A DNA stretch of 64,000 nucleotides from Balneolaceae bacterium (GCA_040876545.1 JBBDPF010000029.1:1056-65055), one strand, 5' to 3'; positions 44,745-56,380 are shown, counted from the stretch's first letter. The notes: a model not told the origin generated them from the sequence alone. Translations and numbers: made by a program.

Positions 44745-45644
44745 ATGGAAAGTGACGGGATTTGTCTTGGTGTTTGTTATGCCGATAACCAACTGTTTTA
44801 TTCGGTTAACGACCCAGAAAATCCCGGATCACTACAACATATAGGTTGCTTCGATTTTAATTTTGATGTACGCAATGCCGTCGTTACAGGAGATGGCGAT
44901 GCGTTTACAGGTATTAAATCTTCCCTGGAAAAATTAAAGGAAAAGTTTAATTGTTCAACTGTTCGGATTTTATCTCCGGCCATCGAAGAGTGTTGGAGTA
45001 TTGTTCCGCGCTCGGTTTATGAAGAGCCCGAAGAGAGAGAATCACACATCCATATTTTAATGCATGGAATTGATAGTTCAAATCGTGTATCTACTTGGTA
45101 TCCTCTTCACAATGCTGATTACAAACTGCTCCTTGCCCGAAATTCAACGACAATGATGGGTTTTCAAAAGTTACTGGGATCATTTTCAAACTCAGAGTAT
45201 GTATCAGAATTTGAAGTAGGAAACGCATGGCAGGATTTTACCCAGGTAAATGGCTCTTTTTTAACCATTCATTGCCAAAAAAACTACTTGTCTGTTTCAT
45301 CCCATATTTTAGGAAAACTTAGGGGATCTACTGTAATTCGGTTTGATAACCGTACCGATCTCCCCTACTTATGGACACTTTACAGCAGTAAGTTATCCTG
45401 GATGCGTGGCATTCATGAACAAATTTATGTTTATGGCCAATATGCTCAGCAAATTAATGAAGCGCTCACTCCTTTCTTGGATGATGATAATGATGTTACC
45501 GTAATGAACACTCTTCAGGTGATGAATGTTGAAGCAAAAGAGCAAACATACGGGTTCAGGCTTGAAGCCGCCTTTCCAGCCGTAATGTTGAGTTTAAATA
45601 TCGATTCAGAAAAAATGAACCTCCATGAGAATCATAACGGGTAA
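44745..45644 (+). CDS. hypothetical protein, possibly a degenerate actin-fold (PilM/DUF3822-like) protein
   Basis: This is a 299-aa ORF that starts 2 nt after the previous gene and overlaps rsmD by 20 nt. The N-terminus ICLGVCYADNQLFYSV resembles the first strand pair of ASKHA-fold proteins. The family assignment is tentative. Confidence 0.5.
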   Translation: MESDGICLGVCYADNQLFYSVNDPENPGSLQHIGCFDFNFDVRNAVVTGDGDAFTGIKSSLEKLKEKFNCSTVRILSPAIEECWSIVPRSVYEEPEERESHIHILMHGIDSSNRVSTWYPLHNADYKLLLARNSTTMMGFQKLLGSFSNSEYVSEFEVGNAWQDFTQVNGSFLTIHCQKNYLSVSSHILGKLRGSTVIRFDNRTDLPYLWTLYSSKLSWMRGIHEQIYVYGQYAQQINEALTPFLDDDNDVTVMNTLQVMNVEAKEQTYGFRLEAAFPAVMLSLNIDSEKMNLHENHNG

Positions 45645-46176
45645 ATTAAAAGGAAGAAATGTACCCATTCCAAAAACGGATCTGTTAAGGCCCACATCAG
45701 ACCGAACAAAAGAGAGTCTTTTTTCTGTGATTGCAGCCCGGCGATACCTCGATCAAACCGTGGTGCTCGATCTTTTTGCCGGTAGTGGAAACCTGGGGTT
45801 CGAAGCCATTTCAAGAGGTGCAAAACATGCAACGTTTGTAGATAGTGAATCTGCACATCTCGAACATATCACAAAACTGGCTGAAACATTTGAGGTTGCA
45901 GATCAAATTCTCACAGTAAATTCTGATGTGGAAGATTATCTTGAAAGATCGCATGCCTCGTTCGACTTTATTTTTGCTGATCCTCCCTACGATTATTACA
46001 ATATGGAAGGCCTGATTCACTCCATTATGGATAATGATTGGCTGAATACCGACGGATGGTTTATTTTAGAACATGATAAACGGCACGATTTTTCCAAGCT
46101 CGAAAAATGTGTCTTTTCAAAAGCATACGGCAGAACGATTGTCAGTATATTTAAGCATTCGGATTTAGATTCTTAA
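45625..46176 (+). CDS. rsmD: 16S rRNA (guanine966-N2)-methyltransferase RsmD
   Basis: The translation shows RII.G...G........RPT.DR.KE.LF, DLFAGSG.LG.EA.SRGA and FADPPY. Confidence 0.85.
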   Translation: MRIITGKLKGRNVPIPKTDLLRPTSDRTKESLFSVIAARRYLDQTVVLDLFAGSGNLGFEAISRGAKHATFVDSESAHLEHITKLAETFEVADQILTVNSDVEDYLERSHASFDFIFADPPYDYYNMEGLIHSIMDNDWLNTDGWFILEHDKRHDFSKLEKCVFSKAYGRTIVSIFKHSDLDS

Positions 46177-46197
46177 TACCCACCAAAACCCAATTCC

Positions 46198-46686
46198 ATG
46201 AGTAAAGTTGCCCTCTACGCCGGCTCTTTTGATCCCGTAACCAATGGTCATTTAGATATATTGGAACGGGCAACCAAGCTTTTTGATAAAGTGATCGTCA
46301 CCGTGGCGGTTAATAAAAACAAAAAAACACTGTTTACAGGAGATGAGCGCGTTCAACTTTTGAAAGATTCCATCAAACCGTACCCTTGGAGTGATAAATT
46401 AGAGGTTGAACAATTTACAGGATTGCTGATTGATTTTGCTCAAAAAAAAGATGCTAATATCCTTATTCGAGGTGCACGGCGGGTTTCGGATTTTGAATAT
46501 GAATTTCAGATGGCACTCACCAACCGAAGGCTTGCCCCAACCATCGACACCGTTTTCCTTATGCCCGATGAAAAGTACACATTTACGTCTGCCTCCATTG
46601 TACGAGAGATAGCGGCCTGGGAAGGCGATTTAAGCTCATTTGTACCGAACACCGTAGCTAAAGCGCTTCAAGAAAAATATTCCTGA
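46198..46686 (+). CDS. coaD: pantetheine-phosphate adenylyltransferase
   Basis: The translation contains YAGSFDPVTNGHLDI, RG.R..SDFEYE and SS..VREI. Confidence 0.9.
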   Translation: MSKVALYAGSFDPVTNGHLDILERATKLFDKVIVTVAVNKNKKTLFTGDERVQLLKDSIKPYPWSDKLEVEQFTGLLIDFAQKKDANILIRGARRVSDFEYEFQMALTNRRLAPTIDTVFLMPDEKYTFTSASIVREIAAWEGDLSSFVPNTVAKALQEKYS

Positions 46687-46781
46687 TAATTTAATTAGCG
46701 CCTTTGCTGTCAATAGAATGTAGGCGTAGTTTTTGGTATTTTTAAAACCGTCCGCAATAATCATTTACCTTTACTGAACAC

Positions 46782-47975
46782 ATGATCTCAAATAGAGCCA
46801 ACAACCTTTCTCCATCTGAAACCCTGAAAATTACTGCTAAAGCCAAACAAATGGCTCGCAAGGGAGCGTCGGTAATTTCATTAAGTGCGGGTGAACCTGA
46901 CTTTAAAACTCCGGCGCATATTTGTAATGCCGCAATTGAAGCCATTACGGACGGGTTTCATGGCTATACCATGAATACCGGAATGCCCGAACTGAGAGAA
47001 GCTATTTCTGCCAAATTAAAAAAAGACAATAATTTAGATTTTACAGCCGATCAAATTGTGCTCTCCAATGGCGCAAAACAGTCGATTGGGTTTTCCATTT
47101 TAGCAACCATTAACCCGGGTGATGAAGTACTGATTCCGGCACCTTATTGGGTTTCATATCCTGAAATGGTAAAAATGGCAGATGGAATTCCTAAAGTTGT
47201 AAGTACCACATTTGCGAATAATTATAAGCTGACTCCCGAACAGCTCGAAGAAGCGATCACAAAAAAAACAAAAGCTATTATTCTTTGTACGCCTTCGAAT
47301 CCTACGGGCGCCTGCTATTCCAAAAAGGAGTTAAAAGCACTGGGTGATGTTCTTGAAAAACACCCCGATATCATCATTTTTTCTGATGAAATTTATGAGT
47401 ACATCGTGTTTGATGGCGAACACACCAGCATACTCAATGCCTCACCGGCATTAAAAGACAGAACCGTTATCATAAACGGATTCTCGAAAGGATTTGCAAT
47501 GACCGGCTGGCGGCTCGGCTATATTGCCGGTCCAAAATCAATTGTGGACGCAATGGCAAAAATTCAAAGTCAGGAAACCTCAGCGCCGTCTTCAATCTCA
47601 CAAAAAGCAGGTTTAGCTGCCTACACCGGAACCATGAAGCCGATTCTGGAAATGAGAAAAGCGTTTAAAGAACGGCGAGATTTTATCGTTCAGAGCCTGC
47701 GTGAAATTGAGGGAGTTGAATGCTTTACTCCGTCGGGTGCTTTTTATGTTTTTCCTGATATCCATCAATTTTTAAGCAAAAAAACAGCTGATGGTCTAAA
47801 GATTGAAACATCTACTGATCTTTGCATCTACCTTCTTGAAAAACACGGGGTAGCCACCGTTCCCGGAGATGCTTTTGGTGAACCCAATGGCCTACGGATC
47901 AGTTATGCCGCTTCCATAGAGCAATTAAAAGAAGCCATGATTCGATTTAATAATGGTTTATCCCAAATAAAGTAA
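46782..47975 (+). CDS. pyridoxal-phosphate-dependent aminotransferase (aspartate aminotransferase class I)
   Basis: The translation has the SKGFAMTGWRLGY PLP-Lys motif, the PSNPTG motif and a C-terminal GLRISYA motif. Confidence 0.9.
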   Translation: MISNRANNLSPSETLKITAKAKQMARKGASVISLSAGEPDFKTPAHICNAAIEAITDGFHGYTMNTGMPELREAISAKLKKDNNLDFTADQIVLSNGAKQSIGFSILATINPGDEVLIPAPYWVSYPEMVKMADGIPKVVSTTFANNYKLTPEQLEEAITKKTKAIILCTPSNPTGACYSKKELKALGDVLEKHPDIIIFSDEIYEYIVFDGEHTSILNASPALKDRTVIINGFSKGFAMTGWRLGYIAGPKSIVDAMAKIQSQETSAPSSISQKAGLAAYTGTMKPILEMRKAFKERRDFIVQSLREIEGVECFTPSGAFYVFPDIHQFLSKKTADGLKIETSTDLCIYLLEKHGVATVPGDAFGEPNGLRISYAASIEQLKEAMIRFNNGLSQIK

Positions 47976-48043
47976 GGAGTAGTTTACCGGTTTTGGCATG
48001 TTTTATGCCAATACAGTTCTAAACAAACACATAAAATTTTACT

Positions 48044-48337
48044 ATGCCTACATACGAATATAAACGAAAAGATGGGTCTACCTTTGAAATAGTTCAGCCC
48101 ATGAGTGATGATGCACTCACAAAATGTCCTACCACAGGTCAAGATGTAAAACGTATTATCTCGGGCGGAGGCGGCGTTGTTTTAAAAGGAAGTGGTTGGT
48201 ATGTAACCGACTACAAAAATAAGGGCAATGGTAAAGAAACAGATAATGAGAAAAAGAACGGTTCTTCTGAAGCTCCAAAATCAGAAACACCAAAAAAATC
48301 TGGTGAAGACACTAAAAAATCTACGCCGAAAGAATAA
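48044..48337 (+). CDS. FmdB-family (CxxC_CxxC_SSSS-like) protein with degenerate zinc ribbon
   Basis: The N-terminus MPTYEYKRKDGSTFEIVQPMSDD and the GSGWYVTDY motif match the family. Only one Cys (KCPTTG) remains of the usual four. Confidence 0.6.
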   Translation: MPTYEYKRKDGSTFEIVQPMSDDALTKCPTTGQDVKRIISGGGGVVLKGSGWYVTDYKNKGNGKETDNEKKNGSSEAPKSETPKKSGEDTKKSTPKE

Positions 48338-48340
48338 CTA

Positions 48341-48937
48341 ATGGAAAAAGAGAGATCAGACATTTACAATCAGGCATCCGAGCAGTTTGTTCTTCTTTGG
48401 GGCGAAATGGCCTCTGCATGGGGCATCAACAAAACGATGGCGCAAATTCATGCCCTTTTATATGCAGAAAGCGAACCTCTCGATACAGATACCATCATGA
48501 AGCAGTTAGAGATTAGCAGAGGAAATGCGAATATGAACCTTCGCAATTTGGTTAAGTGGCAACTGATTACAAAAGTCCATTTTAAAGGTCAGCGAAAAGA
48601 TTTCTATACCGCAGAAAAAGATGTTTGGAATATTGTTGCCCTGCTAATAAATGAGCGACAACAGCGAGAAATTGAACCGATCCATCAAAATCTAATCAGC
48701 TGTTTAGAACTGTTTGATGACAAAGAAACGCTCACAAAAGAGGAAGAAGATTTTAAAGAACGAATTCAACGTTTTGTAGAATTTTTAGAAATGTTCGACC
48801 GATTTACAAAAGCGATGCTTCCCTATATCAATAAAAAGAATTTGAAGTTTCTGAAACAATTAGTAAAGCTGGCAGAAGCACATCAAACATTAAAAGGCGG
48901 AAAAAATACATCACTTTCAACCGAACCGGATGACTAA
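48341..48937 (+). CDS. GbsR/MarR-like winged-helix transcriptional regulator
   Basis: The translation has FVLLWGEMASAWGINKTMAQIHALLY followed by MKQLEISRGNANMNLRNLVKWQLI. This matches my recollection of the GbsR (COG1510) layout. Confidence 0.6.
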   Translation: MEKERSDIYNQASEQFVLLWGEMASAWGINKTMAQIHALLYAESEPLDTDTIMKQLEISRGNANMNLRNLVKWQLITKVHFKGQRKDFYTAEKDVWNIVALLINERQQREIEPIHQNLISCLELFDDKETLTKEEEDFKERIQRFVEFLEMFDRFTKAMLPYINKKNLKFLKQLVKLAEAHQTLKGGKNTSLSTEPDD

Positions 48938-49292
48938 AACAACGCGCGACATTGGCAACGAAGGCGAAAATATTGCGGCTGCTTATTTAGAGTCGAAAGG
49001 ATGGATTATTTTAGACCGAAACTACTTTTTCGAAAAAGCAGAAATAGACATTGTGGCATTCGACCGCACTCAAATTATTTTTGTGGAAGTTAAATTACGT
49101 TCCAACATTTATTTTGGCAGACCAGAAGAGTACGTAACACCTTCGAAGGAAAAAAACATGAAGTCTGCTGCCGAAGCATGGATTTACGAACGAAAAATGG
49201 AGACCGCTCTTGTTCGGTTTGATATTATTTCCGTTGTTCAGGATGGAAATTCAGCTCCGGATATTACCCACTTTGAAGATGCATTCCGATAA
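48930..49292 (+). CDS. YraN family (UPF0102) endonuclease-like protein
   Basis: The translation shows G..GE..AA.YLE.KGW.IL.RN......EIDIVA........FVEVK.R. Confidence 0.8.
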   Translation: MTKTTRDIGNEGENIAAAYLESKGWIILDRNYFFEKAEIDIVAFDRTQIIFVEVKLRSNIYFGRPEEYVTPSKEKNMKSAAEAWIYERKMETALVRFDIISVVQDGNSAPDITHFEDAFR

Positions 49293-49305
49293 CGAAAATA
49301 CAGTT

Positions 49306-50040
49306 ATGAAACCCACTCCGATGCAACTTTTTCGGACAGTGCTATCGATGATCGTTTTTTCATTGTTACTGTTATTGATCATTCCAATTTCACTCTTTCT
49401 GTTAATTATCTCTTTCGGCAGGCTCACAAATTTTATTGTTGAATACTTTGGTCCCTTCATTTCATATCCGGTTCTTTGGATTTTAGGAATTGATTTTCAC
49501 ATCGATAAAAAAGTCGATCCCTTACCAAAACAAGTCGTTTATATTTCCAACCACAGCTCCACTCTCGATCTTTTTACCATTCTTGCACTCGGCCTGCCAC
49601 GAGTTCGATTTGTAGCCAAGTGGGAATTACAATACAATCCTCTCTTTTTCATTATTGGCCGATTGACGGGTCAGGTATTTATAAAACGACAAAAATCAAA
49701 AAAAGCGATAGCGACGCTTCAAAAATCGTACGATAAAATTAAAAAACAGCAGCTTTCGATATTTGCCGCACCGGAAGGCTCCCGAAAACATGAGGGGGTA
49801 ATTGGCCCTTTTAAAAAGGGGCCGTTTCGAACAGCACTCGCACTAAATTATCCCATTGTACCCATCTATTTCGAAGGCAACAGAGAACTCAGTAATGGCG
49901 GTTCGATGTTTACCAAACCCGGGAAATGTATTGCACATATTCACCCGCCAATAGATACTTCCGACTGGACGCTGGATAACCTTCCTGAAAAAATTGATCA
50001 TGTTCAAAGTCGATATAAACAGTGGGCAGGGGTTAAGTAA
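49306..50040 (+). CDS. plsC: 1-acyl-sn-glycerol-3-phosphate acyltransferase
   Basis: The translation has the acyltransferase motifs NHSSTLD (HX4D), FIKR and APEGSR. The start is ambiguous: ATG at 49306 or 49279. The track start at 49210 overlaps yraN. Confidence 0.8.
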   Translation: MKPTPMQLFRTVLSMIVFSLLLLLIIPISLFLLIISFGRLTNFIVEYFGPFISYPVLWILGIDFHIDKKVDPLPKQVVYISNHSSTLDLFTILALGLPRVRFVAKWELQYNPLFFIIGRLTGQVFIKRQKSKKAIATLQKSYDKIKKQQLSIFAAPEGSRKHEGVIGPFKKGPFRTALALNYPIVPIYFEGNRELSNGGSMFTKPGKCIAHIHPPIDTSDWTLDNLPEKIDHVQSRYKQWAGVK

Positions 50041-50199
50041 GTCCTTTTCTGCCAATTAGTTAAGTATATCCACCTATTCCTTAATTATTTGATTAGTTAT
50101 GTTAAGATCAAATTATCAGCTTAAAATGTGTTTTTTGATTAGCAGAACATATATTAATAGCACATTTAGGAACAAAAACGATTTGGCAGCCTGATTTAA

Positions 50200-51756
<1,557 letters not shown>

Positions 51757-51775
51757 AAAAATCAACTGATCTATT

Positions 51776-53338
51776 TTGAACAGAGAAACCAATATCAAAG
51801 AGCTTCAGGACGAAACTAAAATCTGGGATTTTGTAATTATTGGCGGTGGCGCAACCGGACTGGGCACAGCGGTGGAAGCCGCATCTCGAGGATATAAAAC
51901 ACTCCTTTTAGAGCAGCATGATTTTGCAAAGGGTACATCAAGCCGAAGCACAAAATTGGTGCATGGTGGTGTGCGGTATTTGCGCCAGGGAAATATTTCG
52001 CTGGTACTGGAAGCGTTGAAAGAACGTGGGCTGTTGATGGAAAATGCTCCTCATCTCGTAAAAAATCAATCCTTCATCGTTCCAAATTACGATTGGTGGG
52101 AAGGCCCTTTTTACGGTATTGGCATGAAAATTTACGATAAACTTGCCGGCGATTTAGGGCTTGGTCCATCAAAACATTTATCCGTTAAAAAAACGCTCGA
52201 GTACATTCCCACGCTGGAACCGGGTGGACTTGTTGGCGGCGTGATTTATTATGACGCTCAGTTTGATGACTCCAGGCTTGCAATCAATTTACTGCAAACA
52301 CTGGATGATCATGACGGAGTTGGAATTAATTATGCGAAAGTAACCGGGCTTCGTAAATCAAACAATTTGGTAAGCGGAGTTTCTGTGAAGGATATGGAAA
52401 GCGGTGATGAATTTGATGTAAATGCCCGCGCAGTAATTAACGCAACAGGAGTATTTACAGACAGCATCCGGCAGATGGATAATAAAAATACTGATTCAAT
52501 CATTCAGCCGAGTCAGGGTGTTCATATTGTTTTAGATAAGAAATTCCTGCCCGGGGAAAGTGCCATTATGGTTCCTAAAACGGATGATGGCAGGGTACTT
52601 TTTGCGGTCCCCTGGCACGATAAAGTAATAGTGGGTACAACCGATACCCCTGTAAAAGAAGCTTCTCTTGAACCCAGGGCTCAAAAAAAAGAGATTGAAT
52701 TTCTCCTGACCCATTGTGCCCGTTATATGACCGGAGATCCTGAACCTGAAGATGTTTTAAGTGTATTTGCCGGATTGCGTCCGCTTGTGAGTTCTGGAAA
52801 AGGGAAAAATACATCCACCATTTCGCGGGATCATACGTTAATGATAGATCCATCCGGACTTGTAACCATTACAGGTGGAAAATGGACTACGTACCGAAAA
52901 ATGGCTGAAGATACCATTGACGAAGCAACTGTTGTGGCCGGACTCGATTCCCGCCCTTCCATCACATCAACCCTAAGACTTCATGGATGGCTTAAAAATA
53001 ATGATGCTGCCGAACCTTATTCATTCTATGGATCTGATGCACCTTCTTTACTTAAAATTGAAAAAGAACAACCCGGTTGGGGTGATCAAATGCATCCAAA
53101 ACTAACCAATCGTCCTGCTGAAGTAATTTGGGCCGCAAGAAATGAAATGGCACGTACGGTTGAGGATGTGTTAGCAAGAAGAACCCGTGCGCTACTATTG
53201 GATGCTAAAGCAAGTGTGGAAATTGCGGAAGATGTAGCCACACTTCTTGCAAAAGAGCTGGGATACAACAAAACGTGGGTTACTAATCAAACAAAAGAAT
53301 ATACTGAACTCGCAAAAGGTTATTTATTGAATCCATGA
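51776..53338 (+). CDS. glpD: FAD-dependent glycerol-3-phosphate dehydrogenase
   Basis: The translation has the dinucleotide fold DFVIIGGGATGLG, the motif SSRSTKLVHGG.RYL and a C-terminal alpha-helical domain. The start codon is TTG. Confidence 0.9.
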   Translation: MNRETNIKELQDETKIWDFVIIGGGATGLGTAVEAASRGYKTLLLEQHDFAKGTSSRSTKLVHGGVRYLRQGNISLVLEALKERGLLMENAPHLVKNQSFIVPNYDWWEGPFYGIGMKIYDKLAGDLGLGPSKHLSVKKTLEYIPTLEPGGLVGGVIYYDAQFDDSRLAINLLQTLDDHDGVGINYAKVTGLRKSNNLVSGVSVKDMESGDEFDVNARAVINATGVFTDSIRQMDNKNTDSIIQPSQGVHIVLDKKFLPGESAIMVPKTDDGRVLFAVPWHDKVIVGTTDTPVKEASLEPRAQKKEIEFLLTHCARYMTGDPEPEDVLSVFAGLRPLVSSGKGKNTSTISRDHTLMIDPSGLVTITGGKWTTYRKMAEDTIDEATVVAGLDSRPSITSTLRLHGWLKNNDAAEPYSFYGSDAPSLLKIEKEQPGWGDQMHPKLTNRPAEVIWAARNEMARTVEDVLARRTRALLLDAKASVEIAEDVATLLAKELGYNKTWVTNQTKEYTELAKGYLLNP

Positions 53339-55692
53339 ACAATATTATCACATTTAATGAAATAAAAGCTAAACAGCTTCTATCAGATTTAAAATTATTG
53401 ATCCAAGGGGGAATTTCGTTTAACGATGCAAAACAGGTTTCCCGGCATCTTGGCGTTCAACTTGATGAACAATCTACCACCTTTCTTTTTTGGAACCCCG
53501 AGTTTAAAGAAGCAAAAAAACTCAATCTTGAACTTTTTCTTCCATCTCAACATCTCAAGTTTGATAAGCCCGAACAACACGCTTCTTTTACCTATCGAAC
53601 GTTTCCACTTATCACAAACGGAAATTTTGCAGCTGCATCACTTGATGATGTTCCCATTGGAACTAAAGAAAAAATAGGAGCACTTTATCAGGTTAAACTA
53701 ACCTACGAGAATGGGAATACATTAATTGTTCGAGATCCATTAGCTTCGTCTATTCCTTATGGAATTTTTGCTCCATCGGAAATTTATGATGTTGATAAAG
53801 CTCTATCCAAAAGAAAGGACTTAGAATATTATCAGCATCTGAGTGAGCAATTGACTCCTAAAAATGATTTCCGAATAGATCCCTCCGTTAATCTGCTCGA
53901 GATCCATACCCAAACGGCCACAAGAGAAGGTACTCTCCATTCGTTAGCACAGCGATACAATCAAATCGCTTCTAAGTTATTGACAAACGAAGAACTCTCT
54001 GCTGATGAAAAAAATCTTACCGGATTTGATGCCATTGAGTTAATGCCCATTGATCCGGTTATTGAACATCCCGAAAATCATCAGTTTTGGAAACCTATAA
54101 ATTCACCCAAAAAAGATGGCGACGAACTAACCGTACGGCTTAGAAAACCCAATACTGTAAATTGGGGATATGATACGGTTATTTTTGGAGCCGGTGCCAT
54201 CAATCCATCACTCCTTTCGAGTGGCCGGCCTGATGAATTAATTGAGCTGATAGAAATCCTTCATAATTTCCCCAAACCTATCAAAGTTGTTTTGGATGTT
54301 TGTTATGGGCATGCACACAATCAAGCTGTAGATATTTTGCCCACCATTTATTTTTCCGGCAAAAATATTTATGGCCAGGATGTGAACTATCAACACCCCA
54401 TGGTTCGGGCGATTATTCTGGAAATGCAGCGTCGAAAAATGAACTACGGGTTTGATGGTATTCGCGTTGATGCGGCTCAAGACATCAACTATTATGATTC
54501 CGAATCTGAAAAACTCATCTATGATGATGACTATCTACAAGAGATGAGTAATATAAAACAAGAGGTTGCGGGTGTTGAATATCGCCCCTGGATGATTTTT
54601 GAAGATGGACGGCCGTGGCCTCGCGACGATTGGGAACTTGCTGCTACAAACAGAGAGATCACTAAAAAACAACCTTATGCTTTTCAATGGGCTCCTATGA
54701 CTTTCGCTTACAATACTCCATACAGCTTTACCTATTGGGTATCGAAATGGTGGAGAATAAAGGAAGTGTTGCAATATGGGGACAAATGGATAGGTGGGTA
54801 CGCCAATCATGATACCATGAGAAGGGGAACCCAGGCAGATCCCACAAAAATAAATGTGAACACCCAGTTAGGAAATTCATTAAAAATGATCATGGAGAAT
54901 GCATATAACAATCCTGCAAGTACCTTATTGATGAACGGTTTTTTACCGGGAGTCCCGATGGATTTCTTGCAGGCTCTTGGTAGTACTCCCTGGAGTTTTA
55001 TGAGAGATACAGATACAACATATGCCATAAAAGTTGTGGCTGAAGAAGCTCCTTTTTTAAAATGGCAGGTTACGGAAGTAGAATTTAGACAGTCCCATTT
55101 TTTTACCCGGCTCAAATATATGGGTTTTAAATCTTTGAGTGAACTTAGAAGGTTTTCACAAATTTTATTAGATCTTGTGGGTTCCACAAACTATGATCCT
55201 TCCATCATAGCAAGAAACTTAAATAAAGTAGAACCGGGTTTTGATGTAAATGAATGGACTGAACAAAAGCTAAAAAAATATGCTGCTGCCTGGATGCTTG
55301 ATGTGAATGAATACTGTAATGTTGATCAGCATTCTCATTTTATCAACAAAAAGAAAGCTGATTTTAATTTAGAAGTCCGAAATTTCAGGCTTAATAATCC
55401 ATGGTTAATTAACAAATTCCAAGATGCGGATATGCTTAGCTATCATGAACCTTTAGATGGTTCTGTCATTTTTTTCGGATATAGAAAAGATCCGGGTTCA
55501 GGTAAAGAGCTGGTTTTTATTGCCAATATGGAAGGTCAACCCAAACAAATTACTCCATCAAAACTTCCAATTCCTATTCTAAATACAGATAGATGGAAAG
55601 TAGGGTGTGGAACGCCATCCATCTCCCATAAAAAAATTACTGATTCTATTCGGTTCTCAATATCTCAGGCACTTATTTTTGAAAAAACTTAG
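53335..55692 (+). CDS. GH13-like (alpha-amylase superfamily) glycoside hydrolase, 785 aa
   Basis: GH13-type regions are visible: DVCYGHAHN (I), FDGIRVDAAQD (II, nucleophile Asp), MIFEDG (III, Glu) and GGYANHDTM (IV). The gene has a 4-nt ATGA overlap with the glpD stop. Confidence 0.65.
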   Translation: MNNIITFNEIKAKQLLSDLKLLIQGGISFNDAKQVSRHLGVQLDEQSTTFLFWNPEFKEAKKLNLELFLPSQHLKFDKPEQHASFTYRTFPLITNGNFAAASLDDVPIGTKEKIGALYQVKLTYENGNTLIVRDPLASSIPYGIFAPSEIYDVDKALSKRKDLEYYQHLSEQLTPKNDFRIDPSVNLLEIHTQTATREGTLHSLAQRYNQIASKLLTNEELSADEKNLTGFDAIELMPIDPVIEHPENHQFWKPINSPKKDGDELTVRLRKPNTVNWGYDTVIFGAGAINPSLLSSGRPDELIELIEILHNFPKPIKVVLDVCYGHAHNQAVDILPTIYFSGKNIYGQDVNYQHPMVRAIILEMQRRKMNYGFDGIRVDAAQDINYYDSESEKLIYDDDYLQEMSNIKQEVAGVEYRPWMIFEDGRPWPRDDWELAATNREITKKQPYAFQWAPMTFAYNTPYSFTYWVSKWWRIKEVLQYGDKWIGGYANHDTMRRGTQADPTKINVNTQLGNSLKMIMENAYNNPASTLLMNGFLPGVPMDFLQALGSTPWSFMRDTDTTYAIKVVAEEAPFLKWQVTEVEFRQSHFFTRLKYMGFKSLSELRRFSQILLDLVGSTNYDPSIIARNLNKVEPGFDVNEWTEQKLKKYAAAWMLDVNEYCNVDQHSHFINKKKADFNLEVRNFRLNNPWLINKFQDADMLSYHEPLDGSVIFFGYRKDPGSGKELVFIANMEGQPKQITPSKLPIPILNTDRWKVGCGTPSISHKKITDSIRFSISQALIFEKT

Positions 55693-55717
55693 CACCTCAG
55701 CAAACGCTTCGTTCTAA

Positions 55718-55969
55718 CTATTTTTCTCGGTAAAAATAAATCTTCTTATTGTTTGCGTCCTTACCACTTTTAATTTTCACATTATTCTCTTGATTGTACT
55801 GATATACAGCCGTTCTCATAGAGTTAACGCTTTTATCATTTGTATATTCAACTTCTACTGCCTGTCCGCCCGGTTGTAGTTTATCCAAGGCATCCATCAA
55901 GGGCTTAAACTTTGATGATCTTCGCTTACTTGATTTTATTTGTGATCGTTTTACGAATTTTATGTCCAT
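55718..55969 (-). CDS. hypothetical basic protein
   Basis: This is an 83-aa Lys/Ser-rich ORF. I recognise no motif. It is convergent with the GH13-like gene. Confidence 0.35.
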   Translation of the reverse strand: MDIKFVKRSQIKSSKRRSSKFKPLMDALDKLQPGGQAVEVEYTNDKSVNSMRTAVYQYNQENNVKIKSGKDANNKKIYFYREK

Positions 55970-56380
55970 TTCTCAATATTCTGTTAATATTTATAACATT
56001 TTATGAATAATTTTTTTTCGAAACCTATGCATACAAAAGTCTACATCACAAGTATTAATTCAACATCATAATCTACTTATAAATGAATGACCAATAAACA
56101 TTTTAAAATAATTAAAACAAAAAGTAGTGAACTTCACTTTAATATTCTAAGGATTTAACATCCTTTAATGGCATGTTCGAAAAATATTACCACCTTTAAA
56201 CGTAGCTTTTATTTTATATTTAACTATAGTTGGCAATCTACTCTATTTATTACGACAAGGCTGAAAAATTGTTTCTTGTGATATTTTATATCATGTAAAA
56301 AAAAGTAATCAAGAAATATGATAAGGTATATTTATAGACATGGTGCCAGCTCTCTCACAAGCGTAACTCAAAAATCACAG

